A stretch of DNA of 50,772 bases from Tricharina praecox (lineage: Eukaryota), in NCBI RefSeq assembly GCF_024521635.1, contig NW_026250408.1:1488001-1538772 (forward strand), read 5' to 3'. The position numbers and the translations under genes are program-made. This document shows, piece by piece, positions 24,699 to 35,711 of the stretch; the stretch's first letter is position 1; every line of letters starts with the position of its first letter. The notes below the pieces were generated by a model, which saw only the letters and a list, made by a program, of their open reading frames with translations, did not search any database and was not told the DNA's origin.

Positions 24699-26977
24699 AT
24701 CTCTCTCTCTCTCTTGCCCGTAGTACTTCCGGTGGTGTGACTGTACTCTCTCTTCAAGATTACCATCGCTTTGTGGATGACATTCTACCATATGACGGTC
24801 AATTGTTGCTTGAGTTTGTATGTAGTCCTCGCAGCAGGAGATTCGTATATTTGGAAGCCAGGCCAGCCGGTGGGGTTGCACCCGAGGTCTGTGAACTCGA
24901 GGGAGAATGAATTTTCGTTGCTCTTAAGGTGCCGAGTGACCGAGTCTGACCAAAGATCGGGCCGAAACCATGAATTCATGGCCCCTATCCCACTGAACTG
25001 TCACCGGCAGAGCCAACGTGGTGGTTCAGTGAAGTTTACCGGTGCATCTACACCCTTATTTATACTACTATGGTGTGTTCCTACTCCACAGACAGTGACA
25101 GACGTCGCCACGCGAGCAATACCTTCAAGCGACGAAATCGCAGCATTATACGGCCTAGCCACCTGATATCACATGCCTAGGTAGCCAGTAGCCAGTGCCC
25201 AATGATCAATCGAATGTCAGCACTGCAGGGATTCATAGTGATCTTGCTAACCTGATGATTGATCAGAAATCAAACAACTGGATCCCAATACCCAAGCGAG
25301 CAATAGTGATTCGCGCTGACACCCACTCAATTGCCATCACTCATTTACCCCCAGACTGAAACTTCACGAATCAAAGCGAGCCCTTGGAAGCTCCAAGCTC
25401 ACAAACTGAGTCTGCAACAACTGTTCGCACAATAGGTACTCGCATCAGGTCCCCAGAAGCCAAATTGCTATTTCATCGTTTCACGACGGCTCACTCGCGT
25501 CTCGCCACATCACCGCATCAACACATGCAGCGAAGACACTGTTGGATGGCATGGCTGGCGCTGCAGCTAGAATGAGCGTGACAGCTGCGTGTGTTTATCT
25601 ACTTGTGCTTTCTGCGGTGCTTCTCTACCTCTATGTAATTTCGTTGGTGCACTCGAAGAGGAGCTGGGCGGAGAGTAAAGAAGCCACACCTTGAACCGGT
25701 AGGAAATGGCATTTGTACACTACCCTGCCATGATCTACCAAGGTCGAATGACCTATATGGTGATTAAACCAAGAGAAATAGATGGCGTGTTTGAAACGGA
25801 AAGGAAGTATGCACCACTTTACCGCATGCAGCGGCAATCCAATAGGTAGCCAAGCGCTCGGACACGAACCTTGACATGAAGCTGGTGCAGTGGTGGACTC
25901 GTAACTGATATCGTCCCACTTCCCCGCCCCGCCGCCGCAGTAATTCTCCCAAACGCCGCCCTCGGGCCTTGGTGACTTGTCCAATCTCACATTTGCCTAC
26001 GATATAATACCCGGGACCGGCTTAATTATCTGCAGGACTGCTATTAACTTCCTCTGACCGACCGCACAGACAGGCGATTTCCGCTGCGGCCAATCATCGC
26101 GCCGTGCTGTGGTCTTGCGGATAAACATCAGTTGCCACTTGCGGACTTTCTCTGGGCCCAGCGGTCTTCAGCCGGTGCCATGTCACGTGACCGTAGGTTT
26201 TCGGTGGATTGGCCGTGCGATCCCATCCGAGTATTCTACATACCGGTGAGTATGATACGAATTTCTCCCCCGCTGAGACTGAAGCGCAAGTTCTCGACTC
26301 TGGGGGTTGGATTACCCCAGCGGCCCAGCCCGTCGATAAGTTTCAGCCTCCGATTCCAGCCTTCCGGCTGCCAGCGAGAATTTTCTTCGCAATTATTGCA
26401 CCTCGCATATGCACACGCATGCACGTGCGATGTCGACGATTGGGCGCGCGGCAACCAGCGGAAATGCTGGGTCGCACGGACGGGCCACTAACAACACACA
26501 TTCAGGCCCTTCGACAGGGGCTTCGATGCTTCTTACTGGCACTCGCTTGTCCACAAATAAGCTGCGCTCCTGCTGTATAGGGCATTTATACGCAGCCACA
26601 ACAATCAACAGCTTGCATGATCTGATGGTTCTGTAGGGCCTGCAGCAGCGGGAAGAGCCGCTCCCTTGTGACGGGATGGATCGATGGAAGGATGGCGGGT
26701 GTATTTATTGGGGAGTGGTGGTGCGCGCTGGCCACCTCCCTTTTTTCTTACGCTTTCGAAGCCTTCTGGAATCGTTCACTCTTCCATCGTCAGTCTTGAT
26801 CTTGCCGGCCTTCTACGCCTGCGTCCATTCTTTTGCCCGAATCAGTATCAGTATCAGTAATCCGACGGAACACCGGAAACTATATTCTCACCAACCTGTC
26901 CCTCGGATCACCGGAAAAACCATATTCTCACCAAAATCCCTCGAAACGAACAGTATTATACATACTAAAAGCCTACA

Positions 26978-27811
26978 ATGCGCTCGTTCGCCCTATTCTC
27001 TCTGCTGTGCGCCGTAGCAGCCGCCACCGTCGTTGAAGGACCACCGGACGCCGCGATAATATCGGTTGCGGAGGCAGTAGTTGTTCCTCCCCCGAACAAT
27101 GCGATCGTCGATATCGCTGCGGCCTACGCCACCACGACTCTCGCGGGCTACGCATCAGCAGTAGAAACACCACTGTCGACGCCAATCCCGACGTCGAGCA
27201 CATACACGGGCTCGGATCTGCCCAAACCCGAGACATCGGTCCCGGTCACGGTCTACAAGACTGTATCGGTTTCCGTGAGCTACACCACCACACTCACTGC
27301 CTCCGCGAACCCCTCCTCGCAAGCAACATATCCCGCGAGCGATATTCCCTCGTTGACGTGGTACAGCGCCGGCCCCTCGGCGTACCTCAACTCGACCACG
27401 CACTCCAACAGCACACTCTCTCACTCGCAGAGCGCCACCAAAACGTCGTTCAAGCCCGCGTCGCAGTCCAAGTCCAAGTCGGCAAAGCCCACCACCTTCT
27501 CGACACGCACCTACACCAGCGCGCACTACAACTCAACAGTGTCCTTCAGCACCCCCTCCTTTTCTCCCACGCCTTCCGTGCCGGCCGAGACCCCGTCAGC
27601 CTCAGCCTCAGCGACTGTCTACCCCGGCGGCCTCAGCGACCCCACGCTCGACACCCCCTGCTACAATTCCAGCTGCGCCAATCCCAGCAGCGACATGAAC
27701 TTCCATGTCACCATCACACCGGCCGAGCAGGATAGTGGAGCGGGCACCCTAGGCGCCAGCCTACTGTGTGGCATGGCAGCGGTTCTTCTCGGACTTGCGG
27801 TCGGATTGTAG
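26978..27811 (+). CDS. Secreted Ser/Thr-rich, probably GPI-anchored cell-surface protein
   Basis: Signal peptide MRSFALFSLLCAVAAA, Ser/Thr/Pro-rich body with NxS/T sequons, omega-like DSGAG and hydrophobic tail LGASLLCGMAAVLLGLAVGL. Confidence 0.85.
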   Translation: MRSFALFSLLCAVAAATVVEGPPDAAIISVAEAVVVPPPNNAIVDIAAAYATTTLAGYASAVETPLSTPIPTSSTYTGSDLPKPETSVPVTVYKTVSVSVSYTTTLTASANPSSQATYPASDIPSLTWYSAGPSAYLNSTTHSNSTLSHSQSATKTSFKPASQSKSKSAKPTTFSTRTYTSAHYNSTVSFSTPSFSPTPSVPAETPSASASATVYPGGLSDPTLDTPCYNSSCANPSSDMNFHVTITPAEQDSGAGTLGASLLCGMAAVLLGLAVGL

Positions 27812-28659
27812 CGATAACTAGAATTGGGGGGTTTGCGGCTTGTTTATTTATCATACTGTAATCAGCGGGTCTAGCTGCCGGTCGGTCGGTTGGGTTGGGT
27901 TGGGGGAGTTATCTACATATAATTTTCGTACTTTGTTACATAAGTACCTACATAGAAGTTGCGCTGTCTGTCCGTCTGTCAAGTATCTGTCTGTCCGTCT
28001 TTCCGTCTTTCGGTCGTTGTGTTGTTAATAATAATGTGTATGTGTCTACGTACTCGGCCGGTTGGTTTTGCGGGCGTGGGGCTCAGCAACAGTGCAACAC
28101 TCACTAGCGGCCGTGTGGGGCCGCTCGAAACGGTGTTACGGCGATTCGTCTAACCGGCACGGCACGGATTCCGGCAACTGGCCATTTCACCATTCACGGT
28201 AGAAATCTCTCGGTGGTGATACGTACTTGCATTTTACATACTTGCAAATACACCACAGAGAATAAAGTCACCAAAGAAAGATATACAGGCCGTAACGTAC
28301 GGTATCGTACCGACGAAATATGAGGAAAAGAATGGAAGACATCACAGGTATCGTATAGGTGCTCGGCGGTGTAACGGTTCGAGCTGAGCAACATGCTGAC
28401 AGACAGACAGACAGACAGTCTATTCCACCTTCGAAACCGCGACGAACAAACGAACAAACGCCCGAGTCCAAGCATCGACATGCGCGCCTACGAGGCTACG
28501 ACGACGTCTTTCGCACTGCCGCGGTCACAGCCGACCAACCCTCGAATCCACACCACGCATTCAAAGCCAAAATAGCAAGCAATGGCTCCCAAGCTCTTCG
28601 TGGAAGCTGCTCGAGAGTCGAGTCCTGCACTGCCGCGGTCAAAGCCGCCAGGTTCATCT

Positions 28660-30255
28660 CGAAGCCGCGTTGCCGCTTGGTCGTACATAGCAAGGACGAG
28701 ATTCGAGACCGCCGACTCAGCAGGTGACACCGTGAACTTCGTCCATGCAATCCGAGGGATCCTTTCCCGGCAGCAACACCGCGCCGTCGGGGGTGATCTC
28801 GACTCGGTGGGTTTGCCGTGAGCTCGGAATCGTGTCCGATCCGATGTGGCAGCGAGAATAGGTAGGCGTTGTCGACATTCCGTTTCGTGAGGTTGCTTGC
28901 GAGGCTTTATGAAAGGTGACGGTTATTTTGATATTCGTGAGCAAAAATAGTATAAGAAAGTCCTCTATGGGGGCTTCGATGTAGTCGTCGTCTTCGCCGG
29001 CTGCTAAGTACGTAAAGCTGCGGTTTCTCATCATCATGCTCTGGATGTGCTGTTCGGCATCGGTGCGGACAAGAAACGCATGAACTTTGAGCCTGCTGCA
29101 GAGGTAGGCGTTAGAGACTTAGAGTACGCTGCACCAATATCGTAGCGGGTCACTTATAGATTCATATAGTGGAAGGATGGAATCAAAGAAGAAGACGTAC
29201 TAGAATAGACCTTGCCGGTTGAAATAGGTAGTGCAAACCTGGTATATCGTAGGTGCCTGCATTCGCAATATCGTACCATGCACTCTGTTGCTAGGGCATC
29301 CCCTAGCGAGCATCGAGATATCGCGTGATGGCGGGTGACGATTCGGCAATATCTATTTCCGCTGCTTGAGAGCTCGTCTCCTCTCCTCTCCACCTTGCAA
29401 TACGTTGATCAAAAAGGTCTTCCCCAGTTGGCAGGACCGCTGATAGCGAAGTGTAACCGGTCATCACTATACGGTACGCGAGCCTGGTTTTGGCTCCCTC
29501 GTATTCGTTTGCCATCCGCCAAACGACCAGAAGAACTCCTTTTCCTAGGCCGATCCTGGTCTGTTCAAAGCGCTGCTGCTTTCTGGCTCCCTTCTTGACC
29601 TCCAGGAGTATCCTGCCCTGGGGCCTGCTCTCCCACTTTGTGCTGCCCGAGTTTCCGTTTGGCTTTGTCCACCAACCGCTCGCTCGCCTCTTCCTCCTGC
29701 CGAATAGCGGCCGCCACCGCACTTCGTGCCTGCGCCTGTATCCCCAGAGCCTCCGCAGCCTTCGGGCGTCGCCTAGTCATTGCTGCATTTCCAGCCCGAC
29801 TTCAGCTCCAGCCTCCAGCTTGATCGTCACTTCTAGCACGCCACTTCCGCGTGCATCTTCGCGCCTCTTCCATCTTACGAGCGGATCCGAATCTTTGTTT
29901 CCGTCGCCTCCTTCTTTCCTGACCGCTCGCACACAGATAATTTTCTGTTTCCTCGCGCCCAAGCCTCGTTTCATCCTCCCTCAAATCTCGATTGTTTTCA
30001 AGTGCGATGTGTCGTATGACTTTCCTCCTGACCAAGCTGCTACACACAGAGGCCGAGGACGTCCACACTGAGAGCCGGGCAACGAGACGTATAGAGCGAA
30101 AAGGGGTGCAATTTGCACTAGGTATGTCGTCCGAGCTGGTGTCATTCTCGATCACTCGCTCAATAGTGTTATTCATGTAATCGGGGTTGTCATCTGTCAC
30201 TCGGCGGATAGCGTTTGAGGACTCCGAAGATTTCATCCAATAGAAACCATCCATC
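28660..30255 (-). pseudogene. Decayed fourth IRG-like GTPase copy
   Basis: Frameshifted fragments are collinear with the intact paralogs: NPDYMNNTIE, coiled coil, RFEQTRIGLGKGVLLVVW...AKTRLAYR, HFAISGP / GKTFLIN, ITRYLDAR*, WYDIANAGT, YFNRQGLF, FFFDSILPLYES plus a mutated donor ATAAGT, AFLVRTDAEQHIQSMM, LASNLTKRN, SRCHI. Ends are approximate. Confidence 0.85.
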
Positions 30256-31179
30256 CAATGGACACCTTTCTTTGGAAAGCCCAGGCGGCGGACATGCAAC
30301 GATCCGGTTCTGCAGCGAGCGCAGCACCGAGACCGCAGTCGGGACAGTTGTATGTACAGTGCACTGATTGTCATGATCTGGGTACGGCCGGTAGGTTGCA
30401 TGCTATAAATGACGAACCGAAAAACCATCCGACGGATAGCTGCGTCGTGAGGGACGATAGAGCGGGGGTCTTGATCACGGCATGCAGGCTGCATTCCTCC
30501 ATCCCAGCTTGGCGACCGGCGACCAGCGGCTCTGCGCAGATCGTGTTCGCGGGTCGCGACGATTTCGCAAGCGCATACGTGAAGCGGGGTTCGGTACGTA
30601 TTATTGGTTCGAGTGCGGGCCTCGTGGTTAGGCTTACATGCTACAGGCTACAGCTGTTAGCTGACAGTCTGGGACTCGAGAGGAGAAGACAGTACGGCTG
30701 ATGAAGTACGGTACCTTTTCATTGTGTGATACGATACTCTGGTGGCCCCACGCCAGGAAGTCCTGCTGCCTGATCTACAGGTGGGTATGGCTGCCTAGGC
30801 CGTATAGCTTGCTGCAGAGTTGTCGCCAGTAAGAAGAAACGTAGTTATCTGTATGCGCCTGGGGATCCGGGATGGCCTTGGGTTTGGCCAGAGAGCGAAG
30901 ACTGGCCCGGTTCGCTAGATATCGAGACGACTGTCGCTCTAGCCATCGGGATTACCTCTTCTACCGAAACCCGCATAGGTATGTTCAAGCCTGACGAGCG
31001 ACCAACATCACAGTAAGCGGTGATAATTAAATAAACTATGGAATGTAAAATCAGTAGACATTGACTTAACCCGCATCCCGTACCGACCAACCACCATAGA
31101 CCATCAAAATATTAAAAATGATAACAGATCAAACTGATTCCCCAAATCCAAAGCCCCCAAAAATAGCAAGTCAAGAGAG

Positions 31180-32819
31180 CTATTTTACCGTAGAAGAACC
31201 CGAAGACGTTCCGAGCCCGAGCTTCGACACGGACGAGGCAAGCTCGCCAACTGCGGCGGTAGCTGCGGTGAGCGTCTGTCTGACAGCGACGTGCGAGCGC
31301 GAGTCCCTCGTCTTATTTGCGGAATGGTACCGGCGCTTGACGGCGGCGTCGAGCAGATCCACAAGCAGTTGTTCCTCGTCGATGTAGGCGTCCTGATTCT
31401 TCTTTCGTGCTGGCGGTTTGCCGGAGTCGTCAGCAGTTTCGGCAGCCTTGACCAAATCGTACAAACTGCTATTCGAGACAATATAGCAGCGCGTATTGAC
31501 GTCGTGGAGGTTGCGTTTCTTCAGGTTCGATGCGAGATTCTGGCGGGTTTCCTCGATGTATTTCTCGCGTGCTTCCAGGAATGTCAGGTCGTCGTCTTCG
31601 TATAGCATGTTTAGGATGTGCTGATTGGCCTTGGAGCGGACGATGAAGGCGGGAATCCGGAATCTGCGACAGTTTTCGAGGATGTCGGCGTCGATCTCGG
31701 TGAAACGCTGTAGGCAAGGGTTAGGACTCCGGACGACAGATAATGGAATAAGTAACTTACAGCATCGTATACCAGAATTATGAAGTCAAAGACAAATAGT
31801 CCTTGCTGGTTGAAGTACTGCCAACTGGGCATATCGATGGTGCCGGCCCCCGGAACATCGTACCATACGAACCGCTGGTATGGCATCTCCTGGCGAGCAT
31901 CCGGGTATCGCGTGATGGTGGTTGTCGTTTCGACGATTCCTACTGGTGCTGCGTCATGGCTCTTGGTCTTCAGACCTCGAAAGGCGTTGATCAGAGAACT
32001 CTTCCCCGAGCCGGAGGGCCCGCTGACGGCAAAGTGCAACATATCTTTTCGGTAACCGAATTTGACCTTGGCTTCGTTCAATTGCTGCCTCGTCGGCCAG
32101 ACCACCGGCTGAATTCCTTTCTTGAGGTTTTCTGTGGCCGCCTCAAGTTGCTCCTGCAGTACAGCTCTCTGCTCATCCTCCTGATGTCTCCTGGTCTCCT
32201 CCTTAAGCCTGAACTGCTCCTGTCTCCGAACGGCCTCGTTCTCTTTGCGTCGTGCCTCGGCCGCAACTGCCATCGCCTCCTTTCCCCGCTGGACAGAGGC
32301 CTCTTCCGCCGCTCGTGCGCGCTCATTTGCTTCCCGCGTCTCCACTACCATCGCCGCCACTGCATTCTCCATCCTCGCGACCTCCTCTTCCTTCATCTTA
32401 GCCGCCCCCTCTTGCGCCCTGATCTCGTCCTGCTGTTGCCTGATGCTTGCTGCAATCTCCTCCATCTCGCGAGTAACCCGATCCCGTTCCTCGCGCATCA
32501 TTCGCTCATGGTCGTCTCTCACTCTCTGATCTTCCTCGTCGCGCAAACGACGCTCTTCATCCTCGCGCCAGCGGCGCTCACGGTCTTCGTCGTCTTCCCT
32601 CCGCCGTCTCTCCTCGTGCTCCCTCATCCGACGGTCTTCCTCCTCATCACGCCGCAGCCGGTAGGCTTCTTCTACACGCTGCCGCCGCTCCTCGTCCTGG
32701 TGGTGGTGGTATGCTTCGATCGCGTTCACGGTCGGGTTCTGCGCGTCCGGTGTCCCAGTGAAGATCCCGGCGAATGCTCGGACGACCGCCGAAGCGACCG
32801 CGGATACTACACCGCCCAT
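31180..32819 (-). CDS. IRG/IIGP-like GTPase, copy 2, long coiled-coil N-terminus, ~528 aa
   Basis: MGGVVS start at 32819, an E/R-rich coiled coil, GPSGSGKS, AAPVGIVETT, WYDVPGAG and VRSKAN. The intron at 31760-31708 is in the same position as in copy 1. Probable 5'-UTR intron at 32924-32831. Confidence 0.92.
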
Positions 32820-34271
32820 CGATGATTGAACTGATAACGGCAGATAGGTTAGCGATACCGTGCCTGGGTGCACACCGCGGTGTGGTGCGGTGCCGGCTGT
32901 GTGGGCTGAAAGCGGGGGTCTTACGGTGGAGAGTCTTGGTGACGAAGTGATTGATTGCTATGATCTGAGTGTTTATTTGTTTGTTTGCCTGGCGGATGGA
33001 TTGCGTCGATGAGGGGATGTGCGGGATGAGTGGACGGCCAAGTACTAAGTACATAATCTGCTACTCATCCACTGGTCCCACCGCAAGAACAACAAAGTGG
33101 GGTCATAACATCTGCTTTCGGCGACCGGCGACAGTATGTAGACCATGTTTGCATTCCTCCTGCAGGTAAATCTGCACGGGGATACCTAAAGGGTCTTTCT
33201 TATTGGCGCGAGTGATGAGTTGTGCATACAGATGGGCTAGGCACCTTTGTTTCAGGCTTCGTGTTTGCGGGTGATGGAAGTTAGAAGGGCTGGGGCGGCT
33301 GCTGGAATATTGAGACGGGAGTGAGGCTTAAGGCAATGCGCAGCCAATGAATTGGCTACCGAACTCCACTGTCGTAGTCCCCGTGATGGCCGTCCGCAGC
33401 GAATTAAATTCTAGCCTTCTAGATGGCTTTGGTGACTTGGAAAAGGGCCGTCGGTCTGTGGACTCTGGACAGGGAGAATTGTGCTCCGATTCAAATTTTA
33501 GTCATCACAGTAAGTTACTAAGAGCTGTCTAGATACGGAGCGGGACTTTATCTAAATCTACACTTTTCTCGGCAGCGATCCGCGTGAGGTTTGTCGACCG
33601 GAAATGATCTAGCCTCTAGACCAGCCGCCGCAATTTTTTGGCCGAAACTCGAAAGGATCCCACCGCAGGCCTGCAGAACTTCATGTATCACCATCATCAT
33701 CATCACTATCATCATCACTATCATCATCGGACGTACCATTCCAGCGGAGACGTACAGGGCAGTGCGTAATACTTTGAATGAAGCTGCAGCAGACTTCCGC
33801 ACCGCACTTCTCCACTCGCTTGCAAGTTGCTTCCCCTCTCCAAATGTGATAGTATTATGCACACTTGCCCATTGCGCCTCAGCGTTCACTTCACCACACT
33901 GGGCCGCACAGGGAACATGCGGAATGGGCCGGCGTGAACAGTTGCATTCATAGACGACGATAATTTTGTTTTCGAGAGACTACCTAGAAGATGAGAAGGC
34001 TTGAATGAACACCGGTAATTGAAAGAACCACCTCACGTACGTAAGTAGGTAGTGATCAGCATCTCTCCCCCGAAGATATCACATTAAAATAACAGAAGAA
34101 AGCAAGTCTTCCGGACTCCACAACTGGATACAGTCATACCTGCTTAGCGATTTAGTATCTTGGAATTTGGAACGTCCCCAAGAACGACCGAGCCAAAACC
34201 TCGAACCAACTAGTCCCTCCCACGGCGGTAGCAGTGGCGGTTTCCCCTTTTGCCTCGACATGGGCAGTAGT

Positions 34272-35711
34272 CTAGGTGGCGGAAGTGTAACGCCGTTTGA
34301 CAGCCGTGTCGAGGATATCGACGAGTAACTGCTCCTCATCGATGTACTCATCCGTCCTCGTCTTTCTTGCCGATGCCCCTGCGTCGCCGGTAGCCCTTGC
34401 ACTTCTGATCAGGTCGTAAAGAGTGTTGCTTGAGACGATGTAGCAGCGGGTGTTGGCGTCACTGAGTTGGCGTTTCTCGAGGTTGGATGCGAGGTTCTGT
34501 CTGGTCTCCTTGATGAACATCTCGCGTGCTTCGGCGAGCTCAAGGTCATCGTCTTCGTCCATCATGTTGCGGATGTGCTGGTTGGCCTTGGAGCGGACAA
34601 TGAATGCCGGAATGTTGAACCTGCGGCAGTTTTCGAGGATGTCGGCGTCGATTTGAGTGAACCGCTGTACGGGCGAGGGGTTAGAAAAGAAAGAAAAAAA
34701 GTGGTTGGATGTGACGAAACAGTGACTTACAGCATCGTACACCAGGATAATGAAGTCAAAGATGAAGAGTCCTTGCGTGTTGAAGTACTGCCAACTTGGT
34801 ATATTGATGGTGCCGGCACCCGGCACATCGTACCATACGAACCGCTGGTATGGCATCTCTTGGCGATTGTCGGGGTATCTTGTGATGATGGAGGTGGTTT
34901 CGACGATTCCCACTGGCGCTGCATGGGGGCTCTTCTTGGTCAGGCCTCGGAATGCGTTGATCAGAGAACTCTTCCCCGAGCCGGACGGGCCGCTGACGGC
35001 AAAGTGTAGACGGTCGTCCCGGTATCCAAGCCTGATCTTGGCGTCCTCCAACTCCTTCTTCGTCGGCCAAACCTCCGGCTGAATCCCATTTTTGAGGTTT
35101 TCTTTGGTCTCTTCAAACCTCCTCTTCAATTCTTTCGCTTCGCGCTTCGCCTTGGCCGCGGCAACCTTTGAATTTTCCTGCTGCTTGAAAGCAGCCTCTT
35201 CCGCAGCGTGCGCCCGCTCCTGAGCTTCCTGTGCCTGCCTTTCCTTCCCCTGAACCTCCTCTTCCGCAGCCTGTGCCCGCTCTTTGGCCGCCAGCATCTC
35301 CTTCTCGTTCCGCCTAACGTTCTCTTCCATCCTCGCCAACTCTGCCGTGTGTGCTCTCTCCCGGGCCTCCCGGGCCTCCCGGACCTCCGTTTCTATTCTT
35401 CGACTCTCCTCTTCCGCCGCCTGCACTCGCTCCCGAGCAGCACGCGTGTCCCTCTCGCTCTGTCGAGCATCCGCTTCCATCTTCGCCAACCGCTCTTCCA
35501 TCATCCGGACCGCAGCCAGATTCTCTTTGTGCTGCTCCTGCCGACGACGAGCATTCGACTCGCAACTCTCGCGATCTTCTTCTTGGATTCTCGCTTGAAT
35601 CTGCCCCATCGTTTGGTTCTGTGAGTCCGGTGGCTTCATGAAGAGGCTCGCGACGGCCTGGACGATAGGTGGAATGGCAATCCTTGCGATGGCAGTTACG
35701 AAGGCCCACAT
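34272..35711 (-). CDS. IRG/IIGP-like GTPase, copy 3, ~457 aa
   Basis: Same motifs (GPSGSGKS, GIVETT, WYDVPGAG, VRSKAN). A 66-nt in-frame intron at 34730-34665 occupies the conserved position. Probable 5'-UTR intron at 35779-35717. Confidence 0.92.
   Translation of the reverse strand: MWAFVTAIARIAIPPIVQAVASLFMKPPDSQNQTMGQIQARIQEEDRESCESNARRRQEQHKENLAAVRMMEERLAKMEADARQSERDTRAARERVQAAEEESRRIETEVREAREARERAHTAELARMEENVRRNEKEMLAAKERAQAAEEEVQGKERQAQEAQERAHAAEEAAFKQQENSKVAAAKAKREAKELKRRFEETKENLKNGIQPEVWPTKKELEDAKIRLGYRDDRLHFAVSGPSGSGKSSLINAFRGLTKKSPHAAPVGIVETTSIITRYPDNRQEMPYQRFVWYDVPGAGTINIPSWQYFNTQGLFIFDFIILVYDAVSHCFVTSNHFFSFFSNPSPVQRFTQIDADILENCRRFNIPAFIVRSKANQHIRNMMDEDDDLELAEAREMFIKETRQNLASNLEKRQLSDANTRCYIVSSNTLYDLIRSARATGDAGASARKTRTDEYIDEEQLLVDILDTAVKRRYTSAT

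Noticed and set aside
25120..25170. Short similarity (gcagca..tatacggcctag) to the reverse complement of ~30790-30830, downstream of GTPase copies 1 and 2
   Set aside because: Too short to establish by eye, although consistent with shared 3' flanks.
25631..25990. 119-aa minus-strand ORF with intron-like signals
   Set aside because: No coherent gene model or recognisable homology.
29400..30260. Initially looked like a transposase relic
   Set aside because: The fragments align with the GTPase paralogs, so it was reassigned as a GTPase pseudogene.
31803..32825. 340-aa plus-strand ORF
   Set aside because: Antisense shadow of GTPase copy 2.
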